From Candidatus Latescibacterota bacterium (GTDB lineage Bacteria > Latescibacterota > UBA2968), in the NCBI GenBank assembly GCA_038279365.1, contig JAYODI010000017.1:1-64000 (forward strand): 64,000 nt of DNA. Reading direction: 5' to 3'. The notes under the pieces were generated by a model. That model searched no databases, was not told the origin of the DNA, and worked only from the letters and a program-made list of their open reading frames with translations. This document shows, piece after piece, positions 11,447 through 20,971 of the stretch. Position 1 is the stretch's first letter; each line of letters begins with the position of its first letter. The position numbers and the translations under genes are program-made.

Positions 11447-12466
11447 CTACTCCGTTTCCAAAATGCGATTGAGCAAACGTCCAAGAGGTGTGCCCGCATA
11501 AGACTTGTGCATTGCTGTAACTTTTTGAACAAATGCACCCTTATCGGGGTAATAAACTTTAACCCCTTCTTTCTCCACGGCTTCTAAAGCCTCTGCCGTT
11601 TTTTGTGCCCAAAGATCCCGCTGATAACGTGCAGAAGCATCGGCAGATTCTTGAACCCACTGTTGTACATATACTGGCAACCGCTTCCACACCTCACTGC
11701 TCATCAACAAGATATCGGGCACACGGCTGTGTTCATCAATTGAAAAATGTCGGGCCACTTCAAAGTGGCGGTTGGTATAAAAACTCGGCAAATTATTTTC
11801 GGCACCATCCACCATCTTTTGTTGGAGTGCCGTGTAGAGTTCGCCCCACGGAATCGGTGTGGGAGAACCACCCAACGCATCTACCATGTCCATCATCGTT
11901 TTGCTCTTCATCACTCGAATCTTCAACCCCGTTAAATCATCTGGGCTAAGAACGGGTGTGTTGGTTGTGTAAAAACTACGGCTTCCTGCATCATAATAAC
12001 ACAACCCCCTGAGCCCAACCGCTTCGCCAGCCAAAGCCAATTCTTTACCAATGGGCCCCTCTAAGACACGCCAATAATGATCGGCATCTCTAAAAATATA
12101 AGGAATACCAAACACACCCATTTCAGGAATAAACCCTTCCATTGGTGCGGCAGACGTTTTTGTCATGGCAAGGGCACCGCGTTGCAACTGTTCAATACAT
12201 TCTGTTTCAGAACCCAATTGCCCATTGGGATAAATCTCCAAAACCACAGACCCACCCGACTTCTTTGCCAATTCTTGAGCCATATACACCATTCCCGCAT
12301 GCACCGGGTGAGAGGTATCCAAACTGTGGCCCAACTTTAAAACAATGTGTTGCCCACTTTCTTGTCCTGCCAAATTTTGGCCTCGTACAAACAGAGCAAA
12401 AACACCAGTGGCCAATAGCACACCTGTTAACAGCCCCACCACAAACATAGACACAGATTTGCTCAT
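11447..12466 (-). CDS. dctP: TRAP substrate-binding protein (DctP family, likely sugar acid)
   Basis: YPNGQLGSE, GLKIRV, GELYTALQQ..VDGAENN; GGAG before ATG 12466. Confidence 0.92.
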   Translation of the reverse strand: MSKSVSMFVVGLLTGVLLATGVFALFVRGQNLAGQESGQHIVLKLGHSLDTSHPVHAGMVYMAQELAKKSGGSVVLEIYPNGQLGSETECIEQLQRGALAMTKTSAAPMEGFIPEMGVFGIPYIFRDADHYWRVLEGPIGKELALAGEAVGLRGLCYYDAGSRSFYTTNTPVLSPDDLTGLKIRVMKSKTMMDMVDALGGSPTPIPWGELYTALQQKMVDGAENNLPSFYTNRHFEVARHFSIDEHSRVPDILLMSSEVWKRLPVYVQQWVQESADASARYQRDLWAQKTAEALEAVEKEGVKVYYPDKGAFVQKVTAMHKSYAGTPLGRLLNRILETE

Positions 12467-12692
12467 CTTAATCTCCACATTGAGATATAAAATCTAAGCG
12501 ATCTACATACATCGACCCAAAATCAGCTCACACCCCATAAAAGAGATTGGCCAAATTGCTTGATCGCTTTTTGGTTCCAAATATTCATCGGTCAAAAATC
12601 ACAACTTAGACACGTTACCAAACCCACCCCAGCTCTAAACAGAGATGGGATGGATGAACTTACGTCACAAAATGACAAAAACCAACAGGAGA

Positions 12693-14801
12693 TTAATAAC
12701 TCAAACCATGCCCAAATGGAAACAGGGTATCTGCTGGATCATAACCGGGTGCATCGGGTGCCTGTTTGATAATGGCTTCTGTCGTTTTGGCCAATGCAAA
12801 TGGCATTTTGCCCGATGGCTTGAAATTACCTGTCAAAACATCCATAATCGCTGCATCACTCACACCAAAGGTTGCCAAAATCGCACCGGATTTGAGCAAG
12901 CCACTCGCCTCATCCAATACAAATGGTTGTCGAAATCGAATGGCAAGAATGGTCTTGTCGGCTCCCACTTCTTTCATCACCGCTTGGATATCTGACAAAG
13001 AAGGGGTGATTGTCCATGACTTTGCTTTTGCCATGTCGGAGAATGACAGCATGTTTAACTCTTCTGGCAATGGCCCACCAAAACGTCGGTCGGGTGAACG
13101 ATCATTGCCAACCACAACGCGGATAATGGCATAATCAGTACCTGTTGGAACAGGTGGGCGTGTTTCTTCTTTTTTTGAATCATAATCACCCGACACAACC
13201 GTAAAACCATACCATCGATCATCACGCACAACATCAGGGTTCATACCCATAGTATAAAGTTTGACGGAGTCGCGTTCACTGTGTGCAGCCCTTTCAATCT
13301 GACGTCCGCGAAGACCTGCAGGTAATCTTTCGCCCACTCGCTTAGGTTTTGGCATGGGAAGTGGCAAGAACCCTTCCTGACGCTGAAGCAACACGATTGA
13401 CTTGCGCTGTGCCAGCTCCGCTTTTTCTTGAAAAGCACGGTTGCCCACCAAATAGGCAGCGCGATTGGGGTCAACATAAGGGTTTTCAAACAATCCCAAT
13501 TGAAACTGTTCTGTTAAAAGTCTTTTGACAGAAAGATTCACTCTGTCTTCGGACAACTTTTTGGATGTGATCAAATCTAAAATTTGCTTGTTGTTGTCAA
13601 ACCCAGACAAAACATCTGTGCCTGCTTCTATGGCAATCACAATCTGCTCTTCAACACGCTTATCTTCCAACCCCCATGCCCGATCTCCAATAATGCCCGT
13701 ATCGGAGTTCACATACCCTTTAAACCCGAGCTTATTTCTCAGCAACTCCGTCACAATCCCTTTTGAAAAGGCCATGCCCACATCATTTGGCAAATATTTT
13801 TGACCAACAGGAATGCCATAATAAGGCATAATAGACGACACGCCCGCATCAATGGCTGCCACAAATGGTTTCATGTGATATTCAAAATTACCTGAAGGAT
13901 ACACCTGATTTTTACCAAAGTCATAGTGTGGATCGCCACCACCCTCTTGCGGGCCTCCGCCAGGGAAGTGCTTCATCGTTAAAGCCACACTTTTGCGATT
14001 TAATTTTTCACCCTGCAAATTTTTCACCAGAACCGTCATAATATTGGCCGCCAAATCGGCATCTTCTGTAAATGTTTCGTGGTTGCGATACCAGCGTGGT
14101 TCAGTTGCAAGGTCTGCCATATAACCATACATCGAACGCAATCCAATGGAAGTCCATTCCTGTGCCATAATGCGTGCAAACTCAGCAATCAAATCCATAT
14201 CACGCGTTGCCGCCAACCCTGCTTCTTTGGGCCATTCCGAAAAAGATCCAGCAGAAACATTGATACCTGCGGCCGCATCGTGTTCGTAGTGATTTCGGGC
14301 ATTGGATTTAAACAGCACAGGAATACCAAGCCGTGTGGATGCGGCAAGTTCTTGCATGAGATTCATAAATTGTGCAGCTTCATACGCAGTAACATCTGCG
14401 CCACCTCGCCCACCCGCAGATGGATTGGGTGTGGCGGTTACGGTGTTTCTAAAAACAAAGCGGGTCATTTTCTCAGTTTCAATATATGGCGCGGCTTTTT
14501 CATCAAGCCTGCCACCGGCATCGGCATTTAATGTGTTAATCAGCAACATCCCCGCTTTTTCTTCTAATGTCATTTGAGAAAGCAAATTGGCCACGCGCTT
14601 TTCAACCGGTTGTCGCCAATCTTCATACACATCAACTTTGCCATTTTTATTTAGATCTTTAAACAAAAGGCCATTGTGATGAAGCACGGTTACAACGCGA
14701 GATTCCAATTCTGGTTGAAATGCATATGTGCCCTGTGCCTGAATCTCTGTGGTGCCTGTTGCCAAGCAAAACAAAAAACTAAAAATATAGATTTTTAGCA
14801 T
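12693..14801 (-). CDS. Secreted glycoside hydrolase family 3 (beta-glucosidase-like)
   Basis: Signal peptide; MTLEEKAG, MKHFPGGG, VNSDTG nucleophile region, FPFGHGLSY. Confidence 0.92.
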   Translation of the reverse strand: MLKIYIFSFLFCLATGTTEIQAQGTYAFQPELESRVVTVLHHNGLLFKDLNKNGKVDVYEDWRQPVEKRVANLLSQMTLEEKAGMLLINTLNADAGGRLDEKAAPYIETEKMTRFVFRNTVTATPNPSAGGRGGADVTAYEAAQFMNLMQELAASTRLGIPVLFKSNARNHYEHDAAAGINVSAGSFSEWPKEAGLAATRDMDLIAEFARIMAQEWTSIGLRSMYGYMADLATEPRWYRNHETFTEDADLAANIMTVLVKNLQGEKLNRKSVALTMKHFPGGGPQEGGGDPHYDFGKNQVYPSGNFEYHMKPFVAAIDAGVSSIMPYYGIPVGQKYLPNDVGMAFSKGIVTELLRNKLGFKGYVNSDTGIIGDRAWGLEDKRVEEQIVIAIEAGTDVLSGFDNNKQILDLITSKKLSEDRVNLSVKRLLTEQFQLGLFENPYVDPNRAAYLVGNRAFQEKAELAQRKSIVLLQRQEGFLPLPMPKPKRVGERLPAGLRGRQIERAAHSERDSVKLYTMGMNPDVVRDDRWYGFTVVSGDYDSKKEETRPPVPTGTDYAIIRVVVGNDRSPDRRFGGPLPEELNMLSFSDMAKAKSWTITPSLSDIQAVMKEVGADKTILAIRFRQPFVLDEASGLLKSGAILATFGVSDAAIMDVLTGNFKPSGKMPFALAKTTEAIIKQAPDAPGYDPADTLFPFGHGLSY

Positions 14802-14849
14802 ATCACTTCCTCCGATGATATCGTAGTAAACATGATTTGTGCGTCAACG

Positions 14850-15003
14850 CCTTCCCAATGCGTTTTGTATTTCATTTCCCACGAGGCTTTCAATTGTTCG
14901 TGGGCCCGAGATAAACGCGACTTGACCGTGCCAATGGCACAGCCCAATACCTCTGCAATTTCGAGATACATTCAGCCATCAATTTCTCTGATGACAAGGG
15001 TTT
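14850..15003 (-). pseudogene. ECF sigma-70 region 4 remnant
   Basis: Manual translation: TLVIREIDG*MYLEIAEVLGCAIGTVKSRLSRAHEQLK; internal TGA 14972-14974; no region 2. Confidence 0.8.
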
Positions 15004-15007
15004 TTAT

Positions 15008-17677
15008 TTAAGGATGGGAAGATATGCGAATGCCGCTTAACAGTGTTTTTCCAATTGTTGGGCTAAAATCTGTCTGAATGCCTGTTCCGTTTTCTACATC
15101 AATGACAAAATCAAGTGTAACGGCTCTTAAACGACCATAATCGCGTTCCAAGTTTAATTTTTTCACAACATTTTTCCCATTAATAGCAATATCAAACTCC
15201 CGAGCTTCGGCCGTATTTTCAGCCGAATCACGGGTTGAAAGATTATTGATCAATTCATTTTGACGCGTGCGGGTAATGTATTCTTGAAAACAAAGTGTGA
15301 GTTTATATTGACCATCGGGCACATCAAAACGATAGTTTTTGATGCCTTCGACAAAGGTTTGAAATACAGGATCCATTTCTGTACCCAATACATTCTGAGA
15401 AATCCCTGTTATGCGCTGTCTACGCTGTGTGGCATACGGTTCCCCACCCACATACCCCCAGGTTTTTGGTGTGTATTTCCGATCAGGTATCCACAAAACT
15501 TTTGTTTTAGGGTCATAAAATGATACATCAGAGCCTACATTAATTGCCAACGCTTTGACACCTACGGCATCAAGGTGAAAGGGTATCATTGTATAATTGA
15601 TTACAACCTGATCCAAATGACCACTTTCATCGACGGCTTTCAACACATTTTTTCCCTCTTTAAAGGGAACCTCAAAATTTACTTCATGATCTTTAACGGG
15701 TTTTTGACCCAGTGTTTTGCCGTTCAAAATTAATTCTATTGTTTTCTGGTTTGAGAATACTTTAATGGAATCCAAACAAATGCCTGTGCCCGCTGATTGT
15801 TCAATGCCTGCACGATGGGTATTGTGATGTGACGCAATATGAACCACAGATTCAGACAAAAAATATGCACGATAAAGCCCACACACATCTTTCTCTGTGC
15901 GGTCAAAATTAACCAGTCCTTTCTGATTGACAAAGGGAATGGTATCATTTCGTCTTTCCGATCCAAAATCCGCAAAATTCCAAACAGCAAATCCAGCCAG
16001 ATAAGGCATATTCATCATTTGTTTGAGATAAGAAGCATGCAAGACATATTGATACTCTTCCGAAAAATCCCAGGGAACAGGCGTTTTGGCATGTATACGA
16101 ACGTCTGCGCCTGGTCCATATTCCGATACGATCATAGGTCGTTTTGGATATGTGGCATGTTGCTCAGCCAAAAATGTTGTTAGATCATCAATGTTCTGAT
16201 AATACCAGCCAAAATAAAGATTCCAGCCCACCACATCTGGAATATCTGCCAAACCCGATTCGTTGTATGAAGGACTATTGTGCAGTGCCATAACCGTGTA
16301 ATGGTCGGGTGCCTCCATTTTGGTTAAGGCTTCCAATTTTTTGGCCAAATCAACGGTGGCCATTAAGGCCTGTTGGCGCTCGGTATCTGAAAGGCTCCTG
16401 TTATATTGTAATCCAAGCAGGACTTCATTCATATACCCATAAAAAATGACAGATGGATGATTACGCGTCTGGCGAATATGTTCTCGCTGCATATTCAGGC
16501 TGTTTTGTGCAAATGCTTCAGAATCTGTAATGCTGCTGACAACAGGAATTTCTGACCACACCAGCAAACCCAATTCATCACAAACTCGGTAGACTTCTGG
16601 TGCTTGTGGATAATGGGCTGTGCGTATAAAATTGAAGCCCATTTCTTTTATTTTTTTGTAGTCGTTAAAATGATATGCATCTGACAGGGCATTGCCCAAA
16701 TCTTCAAAATCTTGATGGCGATTGGCACCCACAAGTTTCAAGGGTTTGCCGTTTAGCATAAAACCACCCGCTTGGTCAAATTCATACCACCTGAGTCCCA
16801 CGGGTAAAACCATTTGATCAAGAACAGGAGCCGCCTGAGCATCTTCTTTGATTTGTGTGATGGCCTGATAAAGGTAGGGATGATCTGGATGCCAAAGTTT
16901 TGGAGACTGAATTTTCAACTTTTCAATAGAAAAATCAGTTTTGCTGTTGGGAGGCAGTCGAAGTTTGGTTGCTTTTTTTGCAACCACCTGATTGTTTTTG
17001 TCAATGATGGCCGTTTCAATTATGACGTTCTTGCGAATGGCTGTGTCATTGGCAATACTGCCCAAGACTTTTACCAGAGCATTTTGCTCATTGACAGAAG
17101 GTGTTTCAACAAAGACACCGTCTGAGGCGTTGTTGAAAAAATCAAAATGGATGGGTTCTGAAACAATCACGCTGACATTGCGGTAAATGCCACCATAAAA
17201 TGTGAAATCTGCGCGTAATGGCGGAATGTTTTCATCGTGTGCATTATCCAGTTTTACAGCAACCGTGTTCATGTCTCCATATTTCAGGCCCTTTGACATA
17301 TCAAAAGAAAAGGCTGTATACCCTCCCACATGGTTTCCCAATGGTTTGCCATTTAGAAAAACTTCTGCTTTTTGATTGGCGCCTTCAAAATACAGAACGA
17401 CGGTCTTGCCTTTCCATTCCTGTGGCACTGGCAGTTCTTTGACATACCAGCAAACACCGCGATAATAATCGGGCGTTTCATCAAATGCATCCTGATCATT
17501 CCAGGTATGAGGCAAGTTGATTATGCGCCATTCTTCTGCATGGATATTTGTCACGGGCGCCTGGATGTCCCCTTCGTGGAATCTCCAACCGGCATTCATC
17601 GTCGTATTGATCCGTTGCGCCATGATGCTGTTTGAACAAAGCAAAACGAAAAACAAAATCATAAGTATCTTCTTCAT
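15008..17677 (-). CDS. Secreted GH2 hydrolase, probable beta-glucuronidase, with C-terminal malectin/CBM57-like domain
   Basis: LPHTWN, YGGIYR, RTAHYPQ, MNE, SEYG, NQKG motif; malectin-like YRFDVPDGQYKLTLCFQE. Confidence 0.9.
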   Translation of the reverse strand: MKKILMILFFVLLCSNSIMAQRINTTMNAGWRFHEGDIQAPVTNIHAEEWRIINLPHTWNDQDAFDETPDYYRGVCWYVKELPVPQEWKGKTVVLYFEGANQKAEVFLNGKPLGNHVGGYTAFSFDMSKGLKYGDMNTVAVKLDNAHDENIPPLRADFTFYGGIYRNVSVIVSEPIHFDFFNNASDGVFVETPSVNEQNALVKVLGSIANDTAIRKNVIIETAIIDKNNQVVAKKATKLRLPPNSKTDFSIEKLKIQSPKLWHPDHPYLYQAITQIKEDAQAAPVLDQMVLPVGLRWYEFDQAGGFMLNGKPLKLVGANRHQDFEDLGNALSDAYHFNDYKKIKEMGFNFIRTAHYPQAPEVYRVCDELGLLVWSEIPVVSSITDSEAFAQNSLNMQREHIRQTRNHPSVIFYGYMNEVLLGLQYNRSLSDTERQQALMATVDLAKKLEALTKMEAPDHYTVMALHNSPSYNESGLADIPDVVGWNLYFGWYYQNIDDLTTFLAEQHATYPKRPMIVSEYGPGADVRIHAKTPVPWDFSEEYQYVLHASYLKQMMNMPYLAGFAVWNFADFGSERRNDTIPFVNQKGLVNFDRTEKDVCGLYRAYFLSESVVHIASHHNTHRAGIEQSAGTGICLDSIKVFSNQKTIELILNGKTLGQKPVKDHEVNFEVPFKEGKNVLKAVDESGHLDQVVINYTMIPFHLDAVGVKALAINVGSDVSFYDPKTKVLWIPDRKYTPKTWGYVGGEPYATQRRQRITGISQNVLGTEMDPVFQTFVEGIKNYRFDVPDGQYKLTLCFQEYITRTRQNELINNLSTRDSAENTAEAREFDIAINGKNVVKKLNLERDYGRLRAVTLDFVIDVENGTGIQTDFSPTIGKTLLSGIRISSHP

Positions 17678-17690
17678 GTGTCATTCCTTT

Positions 17691-18042
17691 TTAGCGCACC
17701 CGCTCAGATGTACCTTCAATTCGGTTCAGTGTTCGATTGACAACGCGTGATACATACTTGCTTTCATCTTTGCAATACGGTCGAATATCTTCCAAAACAA
17801 TTATAGCGATTGAATCGGTCTCATCTAAACACATTGGTATATCGAACACCCACTGATGCCAACTGGTCAATGAAAGGGGTCACCGCGATGGGATCGCCAT
17901 AACACCCATGCAAAGGACCAATGTCTTCTGTCGAAATCCACAGAATATTTGGCCGTTTGGTGCCTTGTGCAAACAACTCTGGCGCCATCAATGACGCCGC
18001 GGTACCAACCCCAACAGCTTTAATAAAATCGCGCCGATCCAT
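17691..18042 (-). pseudogene. Tat-exported sulfatase remnant with large internal deletion
   Basis: MDRRDFIK Tat signal, RPNILWISTEDIG...TPFIDQLASVGVRYTNVF then stop before the CxPxR motif; shifted frame reads LDETDS...KYVSRVVNRTLNRIEGTSERVR* to 17691. Confidence 0.78.
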
Positions 18043-18167
18043 ATCGTCCCTCCTCCAATGTGACCTCTATCATGGGCCTGATAAGTCAGTCCGTAGCCAA
18101 ACTATAAAAGCGTATCAAATAGGTTTTGTTGGCAGTCTCTTTTCCATAATCTGCCTTTAAAATCTGA

Positions 18168-18614
18168 CTACGAATCCACCCTTCTCGACCAATCTTCCAT
18201 CAGAATTTCCCGCAATGTTTCGAGTCGTTCTTTGCCAATAACTGCGGCAATCTCATCTTCCAATGCGCGAAGATGTTCGCCAGCGCGCTCCCTCTGTCGT
18301 TGCCCCAATGGTGTAACGACAACGATCTTGTCCCGACGATTGCCCTCTGCCGACTCGAGACACAAATAACCTCGCGCCACGAGATCAGATACCGTGCGAT
18401 GTACCGACTGCCTGCTAACACCCCGCAAACGAGCAATCTCCGAAATGGTCAGACGACGGCCACGCAGTGTGCCAAAGATTTTGCCCTCGGCGGGTGTGAG
18501 TTCGGAAGTTTTATTCTCTGCCATACGCGCCTTCATCAGGCTTGTAATCCACTCCGATTTGTCTCGCATGAGACGGTTGATGTTGTGATTCAGAAAGTCT
18601 GCTGATTTGGACAT
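18168..18614 (-). CDS. MarR-family transcriptional regulator
   Basis: TISEIARLRGVSRQSVHRTVSDLV..GY, NRRDKIVVVTPLG winged HTH; GAGGGG RBS. Confidence 0.88.
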   Translation of the reverse strand: MSKSADFLNHNINRLMRDKSEWITSLMKARMAENKTSELTPAEGKIFGTLRGRRLTISEIARLRGVSRQSVHRTVSDLVARGYLCLESAEGNRRDKIVVVTPLGQRQRERAGEHLRALEDEIAAVIGKERLETLREILMEDWSRRVDS

Positions 18615-18625
18615 TTTCCCCTCGC

Positions 18626-18689
18626 ATATTGTCAATGTGCGTTGACAATATATGCCTACAAATTTTATTTGTCAACATATGCTGACAAA
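18626..18689. promoter_or_regulatory. Two palindromic operators, probably for the MarR protein
   Basis: ATATTGTCAA-tgtgcg-TTGACAATAT (18626..18651, perfect 10-bp arms) and TTTGTCAAcatatgCTGACAAA (18668..18689). Confidence 0.7.
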
Positions 18690-18900
18690 AATTTGCCACA
18701 AACCTGCGCAATGCGATCCAACAATTTGACGGAGATCAAACGCCTTTGATAAAGATAGACATCCAGCCACAAACACAGATAAGGTGTGTCTGAAATCCAA
18801 CCAAAGTTTTTAGAAAACGGATACCATTATTTGCAACAACCTTTATCACCCAATAAATTGCAAAATTTAGAGCATCACTATCACCTTATCAACACGCATA

Positions 18901-18938
18901 AAAAAATGCCCAATCTCTTAACAAGATTGGGCATTTTT
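18901..18938 (-). terminator. Intrinsic terminator after purK
   Basis: aaaaatgcccaatct..agattgggcattttt. Confidence 0.8.
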
Positions 18939-18953
18939 AATCGCTCAAAATAT

Positions 18954-20057
18954 CTATTGTAGCACAGGCGCACACGCAGGTAAAAATCGGTTTAATTCTT
19001 TAATACGCGCCACAAGATCAGCTTGAGAATCTGCACAAATATTCATATGCCCTATTTTGCGACCAGGGCGTTCGCTCTTGTCGTACAAATGCAAATGCGT
19101 TCCTGGCATTTCCAAAACCTGATAAGGGTCATTCAACTCGCCAATAATATTGATCATTGCCGTATAACAACGCACATCGGCCTGTCCAAGCGGCCAATCC
19201 ATAATCCCACGCAAATGATTTTCAAACTGACAGGTCACCGCACCGTCTTGTGTCCAATGCCCCGAATTGTGTACGCGTGCCGCCATCTCATTGGCAAACA
19301 ATCCCGCTTCTGTCTCAAACATTTCAAGCGTACACGTACCCACATAACCCAAATGATCAAGAATACGCCCCACATAATTTTGTGCCTGAACCGTCAGATC
19401 ATCACAAAGATTGGGGGCGGGTGCTAAAGTATAGCGCAAAATACCTTCATAATGAAAGTTTTCAACCAAAGGGTAAAATACAATATCACCCCTTCTGTTA
19501 CGCGCTGCAACCTGTGATAACTCGCGCCGAAAAGGCACAAATTGCTCGATGATTACTTCCGTCTGAAATTTTTCCCAGAGGGTGTCCGCCACAGACAGTT
19601 CGCGGACCACTGCCTGCCCTTTGCCATCATATCCCATTGTTGTCGTTTTAACAACCACCGGAACCCCTAATTTTTGAAAAGCTTTTTGCATTTCATCTTC
19701 TGATCGTGCAATTTCATAAGGGGGTACAGGTATATCAAGTTCAGTAAAAAGACGCTTTTCACGCCCCCGATCTTGAGACCGTGCAAGATTTTCAACAAAC
19801 GGGTAAAACGGTTTTTTTTCAGCAACTTTCTGAGCAAGATCAGGGAGAAAGTTCTCAAACTCATACGTAAAAACATCATTCGCATCGATGAACTTGTTCA
19901 GTGCATCATCATCCACATCGGGGTTAAAATAGGGGCCCAAATCAGAAATGGGTGGATTGAGCGGCGTGTCATAAAAAGAAAAAGTCAGCCCCAATGGACG
20001 CCCTGCAAGAGCCATCATGCGCCCCAATTGCCCAGAACCTAAAATACCAATTTTCAT
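18954..20057 (-). CDS. purK: N5-carboxyaminoimidazole ribonucleotide synthase
   Basis: [33 protein letters not shown]; coupled to purE. Confidence 0.96.
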   Translation of the reverse strand: MKIGILGSGQLGRMMALAGRPLGLTFSFYDTPLNPPISDLGPYFNPDVDDDALNKFIDANDVFTYEFENFLPDLAQKVAEKKPFYPFVENLARSQDRGREKRLFTELDIPVPPYEIARSEDEMQKAFQKLGVPVVVKTTTMGYDGKGQAVVRELSVADTLWEKFQTEVIIEQFVPFRRELSQVAARNRRGDIVFYPLVENFHYEGILRYTLAPAPNLCDDLTVQAQNYVGRILDHLGYVGTCTLEMFETEAGLFANEMAARVHNSGHWTQDGAVTCQFENHLRGIMDWPLGQADVRCYTAMINIIGELNDPYQVLEMPGTHLHLYDKSERPGRKIGHMNICADSQADLVARIKELNRFLPACAPVLQ

Positions 20058-20548
20058 GATTGCGCCTTAGGATCGGGGTTGTCGAGCACGCGCTGGGTTT
20101 GTGCCTTGCGATATGCAGACACCGCCTCGCGAATGTCGGGATATTTGCGAGCCAAAATTTGCGCAGCCAACAACGCCGCATTGACAGCGCCGGCACGACC
20201 AATGGCCAATGTGCCCACCGCAATGCCGGCAGGCATTTGTGCAATAGACAGCAAAGAATCCATCCCTTTCAGCGCATGAGACTCCATGGGCACCCCCAAA
20301 ACAGGCAAATCGGTTTTTGCTGCCGCCATACCGGGCAAATGTGCCGCACCGCCAGCCCCAGCAACAATCACTTCTATACCTCGCGATTCGGCAGATGACG
20401 CATATTCAAACAACAAATCAGGTGTGCGATGTGCCGACACGATGCGTGCTTCGTGAGGCACATTTAGTGCTTCAAGGGTTTCAACCGTATTTTGCATAAT
20501 GCCCCAATCAGATTGAGACCCCATAATCACACCCACAAGAGGTTGCAT
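20054..20548 (-). CDS. purE: N5-CAIR mutase
   Basis: [30 protein letters not shown] before ATG 20548. Confidence 0.97.
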   Translation of the reverse strand: MQPLVGVIMGSQSDWGIMQNTVETLEALNVPHEARIVSAHRTPDLLFEYASSAESRGIEVIVAGAGGAAHLPGMAAAKTDLPVLGVPMESHALKGMDSLLSIAQMPAGIAVGTLAIGRAGAVNAALLAAQILARKYPDIREAVSAYRKAQTQRVLDNPDPKAQS

Positions 20549-20971
20549 AGTCCATTCTCCCAGAGTTATATCGTTTTCTTCATTATAAAAAAACAAATTC
20601 ACCGAAATTTACTTTAAATTCTTCACGTCATTCAACGCCGTGTCGCGACCAGGCTTACCAATAACCTCACAATCTTTAAGCCCCTTCAATTAGACAGGCG
20701 AATCAACTTTCATGTTTTACCTGATCACCTACCACAGCACAAAAATATAAAACGGAACGTTTCAATATAAAAAAATAACGAATAAAAACAATGACCGATA
20801 TCCTTCAAAACCAAACGAGCCTTGTTTATTTTGAAGGATATACAAAGCTTATAAAATTTATCTTGAAAATTATCATGTCGCGCCTTAACTTCCAACCACT
20901 TGCACCCAAGGCAAAACCGGTGCCCACTCGGACGCTGGTTTTTTGCTAAAATCTCACCCTTAGGAATCCTT

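Noticed and set aside
14972-14974. Selenocysteine at the TGA in the sigma remnant
   Set aside because: Aligns with a Leu position, not Cys, in a fragment with no start.
20600-20720. ZTP or purine riboswitch before purE
   Set aside because: Only a short GGTCGCGAC..GGCG resemblance; the 3' pseudoknot hairpin is absent.
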